From positions 10,788,001 to 10,852,000 of the forward strand of contig CM114271.1 of the NCBI GenBank assembly GCA_050084515.1: a DNA stretch of 64,000 nt, read 5' to 3'. Below, one piece after another: positions 53,801 through 64,000 of the stretch; position 1 is the stretch's first letter; every line of letters begins with the position of its first letter. This DNA comes from Blasia pusilla (taxonomy: Eukaryota). A program made the translations under genes and the position numbers. The notes below the pieces were generated by a model, which ran no database searches, was not told where the DNA came from, and saw only the letters and a list, made by a program, of their open reading frames with translations.

Positions 53801-55789
53801 AAAATCACAAACAAAGATAACACAACGAGCACATATCACATGAAACAAAGCATTCTATACTTGAGAAAAATTCATAGTGTTGCTATCGCATTCAAGTCCT
53901 TCACATTTTCTTGAACCCATGTCACAAGCAAGTTGCAAAAATCTATGCATTTGCAAGCCGCAATGTGCGAATTTAGCTCCCCGTCATTACCACCATTACT
54001 GAATCAGAAATAAAAAATAGTCATGTCGTGAGCATGGCAACAACTCTCACATGCCATGGAGTAGGAAGATCATATCCATCAAGTCGATCCAAGCTTAATG
54101 AGAGTAACACAACCCGTGAACTAAGAAAATCGAGAAACAAATCCGAAAAGGCACCTGTCACTAAGCTAAGCTACGTTACATAAGGTTCACTTGTCACTTA
54201 GCTGCGTAATGAAGAGTTTACGGTGCTTGTTGTGCTTCTAAAAGACGCCGCAAAGAATTATACTTAGTGGATGTGTGAGAGCACACTCCAGCTAAAGCGT
54301 TATTGCTGCACAACTACTTAAAAAACCTCACTATATTTGGGGACATAAAAGAAATTTGGCTGAAATAAAACATTTTCCCATTTGTATATCATTCCTCTTC
54401 CTCTTGCATATGTGCATCTCAAAGGAACCTTACTAGTGTGAAATGTGCAAGATGTGTCCTCGATCAATTTTGCAATGCTCCTTAATGTACTCTTGGCATG
54501 TACGTACTCATGGAAAACTGCTCTACATTTCAGACTTATGGATCCCACTTTCAAAACCTGGGGTTAGTTTGTACTCGTTGCACACGAGTACAAACTCCCT
54601 CGTAGATTCTTTCTACTTCATGTTTGAATCGGGCTGGCGTGCTCTTCTCTGATGCCAGGACGAGTATAGGAATGAAGTTGAGGAAGTTGTAGAGGGATAG
54701 TACCTTAGGGTGTAGGGCTGAGACCACATATGCTGGATCGAAGAGTTGGTTCTGACGATGCCGGAGGAGGGGAATGCGGGGAAGGAAACTTCCATAACTG
54801 CTAATAAACAAGCCACAGAGATTGTCGTTTCAAATAGAGCTTTGCAAGTGGTAAGAAGAGCTCCTGAGTCATGCCACATATTTCTCTTTCTGCTGCACTG
54901 GAAGTTTAATTTACTCCAAGAGGATTCTCCTCGCTTCCCTCGTCGATCTCACATCTGTGCTTTGAGGTCGAATTTGTATTGCTTGCTTCAGGCCAAGGCC
55001 TGGGTTAGGAATATGACGGGCGGAGCGGACTCCGATTGCCAAGTCGACGACGATTCTGCAGCACGGGAGACGGTAGTACGACCTGCAAGGTGTGTAGCAG
55101 CCCTGCAGGATGGATTTGTCAAATGAATCGTATGGTAGGATGTGAAGTAGAAAGAATCCACGAGGGCTGAGGGATTATTCTCATCCTCAGTGTATCGCAT
55201 CTTCTCTCTTCGTGGTCGTGGGGAAGTGTTCGTGTCCTGAGCTTGAACTTCAGGTGAGTTCCCAACGAAGGGGTGAATCCGGGACGGTAGTTCTTTGCTG
55301 TTTAAGATTTCTTCTACTGCCATGGTTTCTCCCCTCCCCCGTAACTTCCATCTTCCGGATCCTGGATCGGAAGCAATCTCTTTACAGTTTTCATCCATGA
55401 TTTTTCCTGCTTCATTTTTCTTTTCCGTCTCCAGATGGTCTCCTTCAGAGGTTTAGGTTGCCACTTTGTTGGCTCTCACTCCCCTACCGTCCCCTCCTCT
55501 CCGTGCGCCTCCGTTTATGAGACGTTTCTCACCAATCTTTTTGCTATGTCATGAGGATTCAAAGGCAGGTGTACTCGTGCACGTGATAGATATCTTGGTC
55601 TTCAGTGCCAACCTTTGCCCTACTCCTTGCCATTAGTCATCATCAGAACACAGTTCCACACATTTCCCTGGATGCCCCACATGTCACCAGATATTTTTTC
55701 AGAAATGTCATCTCCCGGTGCTTCTCTCCTATTTCTTCCAGGCTGCCAAAACCATTCTCAAGCATTTTAGTAATAATAAAACTCTTGGA

Positions 55790-56450
55790 GCCCTGGGTGC
55801 CCAGTCTGCTGTTCTCCATTACCTCTGGTAAGGAGTTCATTAGAACATTGAAGAGGGTGGGAGAAAGCCAGCAGCCTTCGGCCATTCACTGCTTGATTAA
55901 GATTTAGAAATTCATGCTCTGCTGGTCATTCACGAGGATTGTACTTTTCTTGTTATGGTACTATTTCTGCAACACCCTCCAGATCTTTCCTCTGAGCCCC
56001 TCCTCCACAAGCTATGAAATGGGCTATCTCGTCATACATTGTCATATGCCCGAGGTCCAATGATTAGCAGTAAGTGGGCTTCCCTTCTTTTTTCCCACCC
56101 GGGACAATTTAGCTGTAGATGAAGATTCGATCCTCAGATCCTCTACACTCTTGGAAATCTGCCTGGCCTTTATTGATGATACTATTATCCTCCAGATACA
56201 AGGAGATCCCATTGTCAAGGATTTGGGGCAAAAGCTTCGGAACCACGGCCAACAGGCTATTCCCCCTGTAATTGCAAGGGTCTTCATTTTCGTCTTATAT
56301 GGATTCCCAATGATTCACACTTACTTCCCTCTTGTATGGAATGACTTCGGCCTGCCAACCAGGTGGAACTCTGATGCAACTACCTGCCTTGTAGTTCACA
56401 AGTTCTTCGTCCACCAAATTCCACTGAGTCCCAATAAAATCTGACAACTT
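55790..56450 (-). pseudogene. LINE reverse transcriptase remnant
   Basis: DPCNYRGNSLLAVVPKL, QADFQECRGSEDRIF, EGCWLSPTLFNVLMNSL (LINE RT motifs), heavily decayed. Confidence 0.75.
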
Positions 56451-58131
56451 TCTCAAAGATACGTTCTAGCAGAGACCTTGGATGTGGCTGTCTACTCGTA
56501 GTAGAGGTCTTTGATCGAAGGAGAGATTAAGTAGTGCCTGCTGGAGGGTCGAGACATATAGGTGGGCCAATTGATTAGCTGGTGGATGTATATGTGTGCT
56601 CTTTGCAGATTAGGACTGGGAGCGAAGTATCTAGCTCACTCACAAGTTGCAGGTAGCATGAATCCTATAGAGAAGAAGCTGCGCCGGAAGGTGAATGCTG
56701 CTAAACGGGATGATTCAAATTGCAAGCACAATGGACGAAGTGGTGATCTAGAAAGTGGAAACGAGGAGGACGACGAGATGGAAGACAGCAAAACGTCAAC
56801 TTTTGGACAGAGACAACGAAACAGTGCAACTGATCTTTTCATGCCAACCAGCAGAGGTGGGAAGAGAAAGCGAAACGAAAATAAGTAGTTCGTATAGTAA
56901 GCCGGATACCCACTGGTTCACAACATCTGGGATTATGAAGATTAATTAATATCTTGGCATCAAAAAGCTTCGTGTATGGACAGACTTAGTTTACAGGTGT
57001 GGGACGACTGGAGCAACCATCTAAGCTCTAAGGAAATTATATTAGGCTAATCAGTTTTTGGGTTTTAATGCAAACAAAGAGTTGAACGAAGTCCACAATT
57101 CTCACTCGCCACTGTAGGCAGCTACCAACATACTGCCGTGAAATTGAAATTATCACAGCACAAATGTGAAAAGAAAAATTGTGGTGTGATCCCACAGGGA
57201 CACCTCTCCCAGGTGTGTAATTGTCCACTTTCTTCTTCTAGATCTTTCTCGATGTTGAGAACCATACACCTTAGATGTTATGCTAGTTCCATATCCTTTC
57301 TATATTTTCTTTGCCCTATTTCCCACCTGGTGTTTTCCAGGGAATGTCAGCCGCTGCTGGGGATCTCACCTGCTTTTCAGTGTCATTGCTTAAGCTGAGG
57401 AAAGTACCTCGTATCTCCATCCGGGTGAAACGGTTTCAAAATTCATGCAGGGAGTAAACTGAGAATGTTCACCGACAAGCGTTAAACTCAAGACATGAAT
57501 GCGGCCATAGTTGACCTATTTTACAATACAATTACACGCATAACAGTGCATCATGCAATAAATTTCATAATGCGACTAAATTATTGAGGATGCGCTGGAA
57601 CTTCATTCAACTAATCTGGCCGAAGAACACATGATGTTCGCATGCCACCTGGCAGTCCTTTCGTCATGTTCTTCCCTGTTGAGAAGCTTTGCATTGGAGA
57701 CTCTAATGTGTATACTCTAATATGGAAGCTTTAACCTCCTCCAGAATCCTTCCTCCTAAAGCACAGATCTGTCTTCAGTGGGTATTGGCTAGAAGGACCA
57801 TGCACCTATCCAGCACATCTTACAATTGTGCTTTCCTGACTTGTGATCCTCTGGAACTGAACGTGGATAGGACTGTTTTGAGTGGGTGTGGGTTAGAATG
57901 AGCACACACAAAGGCATTACATCCTACAATGGTGGCATTACATTTTACAACTACGACTTTTGACACTCTGATCCAACGCAACTAAACCCTTGCCGTGGAC
58001 TGCGAATGAGAAGGACCAGATTTGAAGGTAGCTTGACCTAGCTTTCCATGCTTCAGTATTGGAAGTCCTCAACCCCGTAAATGTCTGTATAACCCCAGAA
58101 GGATTGCTGATACCATCGACGCCCGTATAAA

Positions 58132-61010
58132 TTAGAAATATTGCAGCCAAGCCAGCCCAATGATGATGGAGATAAACGTAGCAATCGCAATGCCAAAAAT
58201 TCCCGTGAGAATTGCAGGCACACTAAGCGTTCGCCAACCTTTGGCAGAAGCCATACCTGCAGCGGTGGTGGGACCGCCCACATTAGCGTTGGAAGCCATT
58301 AATAACTCCTTCCGCTTGAAGCCGCAGAGCTTGCCAACCCCAAGTATCAGAGCTAGATGCACAGCAACCTGCACCAATGCAAAAAGGAAGAGTCCCGGTG
58401 CACTGCTGACCACATTGGAGATACTGGCATTTGCACCAATGGTTGCAAAGAATATCTGCATCCATTCAAAGACGAGTTTAAGAGCCATCTTGATCTTGCA
58501 AGTAGTTGCACTTAAACATCTTGGACAAGATTTCCAGATCATTATTTGGACACAACTCGAGCACGAGCACCTCCACCTATATTGCTACATGGAAACAAAC
58601 TAAACTTGTCATGAATGTAAGACTCGTCACTCGAATAAGCAAAGACGATATCACATTAGTAGAAGCACCAGCGCTCGGCGAAAAGAAGCGATGGAGATCT
58701 GAATCATACCTGCAACAGTATAATAGCCAACCCGCTTGCAGAGGTGGAGAGTGATCCAACCAGAGCCGGAAAGACGGTCGCCAAAACCACCACTATCGCA
58801 GTGATACATGGAATGCCACCCCCTTGCAGCTTCAAACTTTGCGCCATCATGTTCCCGAGAGCACAAATTGCTGCAGAAAGTGCAAGGGACATTGCTGCAT
58901 CTTCAACTTTCATACCTGCTCCTCCAAAGCCCTGCACCGCTTTAGCTGCATCAACTGCAAACGCGCAACACACGAGTCCACCAAAGTTCGTCCGGATAAG
59001 CATTATGGTTTCACACTCGGATCAAAGCACTTCTTCATGAACCTCAGCCAGCACAGTCCGTATCTGCCTCGGAATATCTCACGCCATGTGGACAGCCAAC
59101 CTCCATGGACGAAAAATAAGTCCACTTGTTGACAAAATGGAAGGAGCTAACGCACGGAAGAAACGCCAGGGATGGTGAGACTTAGGATACCAGCTTGTGG
59201 AGGATCAGGGGGAATTGTGGCAGCCAGATAGAAAAGCGTTGTGAAGTAAACGGCACATATTAGATTGTCGGCCGCCAATCCTGCAGCAACTATCGATGAT
59301 GATGTTCCTAAAGCCTCGTTCACGGCCACGTAGTTCACGGCTGCAATTTGCCAACCCACCACACGGGAAGTGATTCTGAAAGAGCACAGATGGTTTTGAA
59401 AGACGGGCGGATGGTAAAGTGAACTGTCATATCATGTGCTGTGAAAAAGATCTAAGACACAGACTGTTGGTCTTGCGCTAAGGTTTACGAAGAAAGGACG
59501 AAAGAAAGAAACTCTACATGCTCTACAATATAAAGAGGTCTTGTCTGATACGGTTATCAGAAAATTCCAAATGCATGAAGGACAAAGCTTGCACCAACCT
59601 CCACCAATGTGACGGCTCATAAGAGCTGCGGCAATCTTCCAGCCATCAGATCCCAATGAGCGCAAGGGAACAAGAAGCAGCGCCACTAATGTCCCAATGA
59701 CTGTTGCGACTGCCACAACAATTCATTGGTCCAAATGCACATATGAGAGTTTATTAACATGCTCTGGCGTTAGTTTTAATTCTTACACTGCAGTCATGCC
59801 TAGAATCCAAAGAGATTGATCAGCAAAACCGGGTCAAGAGTAGGAGCTAATGAGGTAATCGAACTCTGATGGTGTGGTGGTAAGTAGTGCTAACTGTCTT
59901 CAAAATCTGTGCAGCAGCTGCTAAAATAGCATGCAATCCATTTTTCAGCGGGGTGAGAAGAGTAAGGTACCAGATCCTATCAGAAAAGCTATGAGAAGAC
60001 GTCCGGTGTCCTTGAGCACTCGTCGCAGATCGGCTCCATACAGCAACAACGGCACCGCCAGTGGCAGTAGATATGTATTGACCACATTGTAAGCGGGGGT
60101 GGAAGACGCGATCAACCCCAAATTGCTGGCCGCTAGCCCGACAAGCGTGCTTACAAGAGCTCCACTCAACATATTTCCCCATTTTGTCTTCTCCGACCTG
60201 ACTCACGCCAATCATGAGCATCTTACTTCCCTTGGATAAATGTACAACGTGCCAAACGTGATTTTGATCCGATATCCTTCATATGACAGAAACCCAAAGG
60301 TACAATGCCCTTCATACAATCACATTACTCTACCAATCTATTCTCAAATGTCCATCAGTTGAAAAGGTTCCACACCTTTACTTTGCAACACTACTTTACT
60401 TCTAATGTAGACGGTTGTTTGGTTTCCGAATTGCCAATCAAGCCAGAAATTCTTTCACTCAAATTGGAAATTGTGACATTCAGACTATGTAATCCACATT
60501 TTCATATTGCAGAGCTTTGAGCACTACCTGCTCCTGCCTTCTGCAAACCTTTTCTCTTACACCTCCCCTGAAATCGGACAAATGCATCGTTCCTCAGCGA
60601 CTCGTGGCTACAGACAGATTACTCATCCACTAGATCCAGAAGGTAATGCAATAGAAAAAGGAAGAGTACCAAGCGGATCACCAGATGCCAAACGCACCCG
60701 CAGCCGCCAGCACTGTCCATGTCCCCCATGTATCTCTAGCAGCAATTAGAGGAGATGCAGGTCCAGCTAGCGCTCTTACACCACCTACTCTGAAGCATCC
60801 GTCTCTCGATACTTTTCCTCCTTGGAACTTCTTAATTTGCTCAAGACACTTGAAGCTTCCAAATCTATGCTTCTCCCCCCCTGTAAGACGACTGAGTCGC
60901 AGGTTCGCCATAATCCTGAGTCGAGAACCACTCAAACCTTCGATTCCTTCTCCACCATTATGAACATGGGTGGGTGTCAGTCCATAGCTTAAGCAGTGGT
61001 GCATCGACAT
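58132..61010 (-). CDS. DUF819-family multi-pass membrane protein, probable plastid transit peptide; exons 61010-60682, 60197-59971, 59709-59599, 59340-59191, 58954-58710, 58455-58132
   Basis: In-frame GT-AG splicing; WSEKTKWG..LSGALVSTLVGLAASNLG, LLPLAVPLLL, HIGGAVNYVAV, ASNANVGGPTTAAGMA..KGW. Confidence 0.92.
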
Positions 61011-62149
61011 CCTAACAGATCGACCGGGCTCCGATGTCCACTACTCACAAAAGCCTCTCTCCGACTCGCACTGCAAGGAGAAGAGCAACAAGATACGATC
61101 CTGCACCAAGACTCAAAATCCGTACGGTCCCGACGAGAATTCACGACGTTCTGCTGATCTGCGACCTCAAATTCCGGCGGATCTGGCAATAGCTACTCTT
61201 CACTGTTGCGTGAAGTTTTCTCGTGGGATGGTATGAGCTCATTGGGCTGCGCCGCTGTCGGATCGCAGTACTTTCGACGAACGCGTGTGTGATTTCTGCT
61301 TCTCATTCTACGTTCATCTCTGGAAGCTTTCCACTGTCCAGTCCACTCAGCTCCACTCCACGAGCTGAGGACGACGCCGACAACATCGGAACGGAGGACG
61401 ATATTTCCAAAGCCCGGAGCCCTTATGGCTCCGGACTCAGGGTTCCACTAATTGGGAATTCCCGAGCACCCTAATCTACCCGCTAATCTCCTCACTTACC
61501 GGCGGCTCCCTAACTAACGGCTACCCCACCAAGGTTACCCCGACGGGCCTTCACCGGCCGGTATGCCTTACTTGTCAGGAGAGATAGTAGGGCGTCTCAA
61601 GTTTTTGGGGCCTCGCAATAGAGAGAGAATACAGGAGAGATTGCTCTTTGTGACCCGTGAGCACGCCGGGTCGGAAATGAGTCGATTGGCCGTGCCGGAA
61701 GAGGGGAGAATGTAAAACATTTTCCCGGCGCCTATTTCCCGTCCGCCCGCTCCGCTATTACTTGGGTCCGGATATCCGCACCAGTTGGGGGTTATTTCAT
61801 GCTCATGATATGACATGAATTTTTTGATCCCATGGCCTGCCCATTGGCATAGATGGCAAGGCCATGTCGAATTTAAAATTCAAATTTTCAGCATATAAGC
61901 GGAGCGGAGGGTGGCCCATGCAAGTAGAGTGCAAGGGGACCCTGGGTGCGGAGGTTGGACAAGAGTTGCGCGGAGCTTTATTCATGCTGCTGCAAATTTG
62001 CACAGAGTCCTTCCTGTGAGCTAGGTTCCATTGTGCTTTCTTTGTGTGAGTAATCTCCACCAAAGCGTATGTTGCTGGATCTGTGTGGTTGCTCCAATGA
62101 TAGAGGCTACGTGTTCCCTGAAGTACTTCTTGATTGAACAAATGTATGT

Positions 62150-63180
62150 GGTTGCCACGATGCGGTCATTGCGACCCCTTTGTCTTGCTCTTCATGTTGG
62201 TTCTCGCTTGAGACCATCCACTATTGTAGATCTTATAGGCGCAGGCGCCATTTCTCTATTGCGGAGCGATGCCAGAATGCTTTTCGATCTAATTAACTGA
62301 GCGAACCACATTGATTCATTGAACAACATGCTAATCTTCGAGAATCCGGGTAGAGATGCCTGTCAAGAAATGTGAAAGTTATATATCTAGAATATATATT
62401 TCAATATGTATGAGTTTAAGATGATCGATGATTCAATAGTAGAGGCCTCAAGGGTAGATTCTGAATCAAGAGCTATCTGTATCATCAATGTGTCCTCCAA
62501 AGGATTTCTTGATTCTACTATTTGTGGCAAATGTATATGCTTGCCTTTATGGACTCATTGCGACCCCTTTGTCTTGCTCTTCATGCTGGTCCCCCCTTGA
62601 GGCCGTCCACCCTTATAGATCGTATTGGCGCAATTTCTTTGTTACGGAGCGATGCCAGAATGCATTCCGATGTAATTAACTGATCGGACGCCACTGATTC
62701 ATTGAACAACATGCTAATCTTCGAGAATCCGGGTAGAGATGCCTGTCAAGAAATGTGAAAGTTATATATCTAGAATATATATTTCAATATGTATGAGTTT
62801 AAGATGATCGATGATTCAATAGTAGAGGCCTCAAGGGTAGATTCTGAATCAAGAGCTATCTGTATCATCAATGTGTCCTCCAAAGGATTTCTTGATTCTA
62901 CTATTTGTGGCAAATGTATATGCTTGCCTTTATGGACTCATTGCGACCCCTTTGTCTTGCTCTTCATGCTGGTCCCCCCTTGAGGCCGTCCACCGTTGTA
63001 GATCGTATTGGCGCAATTTCTTTGTTACGGAGCGATGCCAGAATGCATTCCGATGTAATTAACTGATCGGACGCCACTGATTCATTGAACATCATGCCAA
63101 TCTTCGAGAATCCGGGTAGAGACGTCTGTGAAGAAAGGTGACAGTTGTATATATAGAATATATATTCAATATGTAGGGGC
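62150..63180. repeat. Tandem repeat, 383-bp period, about 2.7 copies (more diverged copy near 63440-63680)
   Basis: Identical ORFs at 62406 and 62789; GCGACCCCTTTGTCTTGCTC at 62171, 62560 and 62943. Confidence 0.92.
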
Positions 63181-64000
63181 TGAGGATTATCAACCCACAT
63201 GCATGAGTTTCTAATTAGCAATTTGATAATTCTGTCATTTTTCAAGGCAAGTGATTGAAATGCACACACTTAATAGTGTGAGTACTGGTTTGATATTGTT
63301 ATGTTGCCTAAAAGCATTGAGTTTCTTATTTTTGCACTTGTGAAGATGTTGGTTATTTTTAAATGCCTCATTGGTCGAGGCTGAATGAACAGTTCTGTGT
63401 GACATCAATGTGCCTTGTTAATCATTTCTTGATTGTACTAGTTGTGGTGAATCTATGTGCTTGCCTTTGTGGAGTCACTGCGATCCCTTTCTCTTGCTCC
63501 GGTATTCCAAATCCTAATGGAACAATTTGTCTACTGTTTAGCGATTCCATAATGCTTGCCGATGGAATGCCTTCATTGAGTAGCATGTTGAGATTAGAGA
63601 ATCTGGTTGGAGACTTTTATCTCAAAATGTGACAATTATAGAAAGTTGAAGAGAATGTGTAGTTCAATATCAAGGTGTTGAGACCCTCAACCCCTTTATT
63701 GCGAGGGGTTAAGATTGATCAACCCTCGTGCATGAGTTTGTAATATAATGATATGCTCGGTTGTCATTTGTGGAGCAAAAGTTAGTGAAATGCATGTACT
63801 TTATACAGAATGCTTACCACGTTAGGATGATAAAAAGCATTCTGTCCATGCCATAGCATTTGTAATTTAGTTCCATTATCATGAGTTTAGATTGCCTTTC
63901 CCTTTTACTTGCTCTAGAGTGATCAAGAAAGTGAATGTAAATCTAACATTTCACTTGGAATGTTTGTCTTTCTTAGACGTGTAGAGGTGCTTAAGTTAAG

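Noticed and set aside
56562-56888. 108-aa acidic/basic ORF as a host gene
   Set aside because: No recognisable domain or supported exon structure; adjacent to a LINE remnant.
62406-63062. Duplicated 63-64 aa ORFs as genes
   Set aside because: Short frames inside the 383-bp tandem repeat with no recognisable motif.

Overview
Eukaryotic plant DNA (probably a moss or other bryophyte; an inference from gene style). About 54 kb is nested, decayed transposons, followed by one intact host gene (DUF819 membrane protein, 6 exons, minus strand). TSDs resolve the nesting. A P-element-like transposase gene is interrupted by a solo LTR (itself carrying a hAT-type MITE) and by a 27-kb CACTA element (ATG TSD). 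The CACTA carries EDM2-like PHD and BRCT cargo and is split by a 12.2-kb Mutator-like element with near-absent TIRs (9-bp TSD GACATTTTG). Best candidate for a new system: this Mutator-like element has, divergent from its DDE/SWIM transposase, a spliced gene fusing a ParB/Srx-like domain (DGNHR) to a beta-class amino-(N4C/N6A)-methyltransferase-like domain. Its introns and spacers hold dozens of copies of one palindrome, GCAACYCGTCGG-N3-CCGACGRGTTGC, suggesting a self-targeting ParB/parS-like marking module. Separately, two Ty3/Gypsy copies carry a DNMT3-like C5-methyltransferase after the protease (between protease and RT in the fuller copy, which also has a PHD finger after integrase). Nearly all TE genes are pseudogenised. 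Domain calls come from manual motif reading, not database searches.
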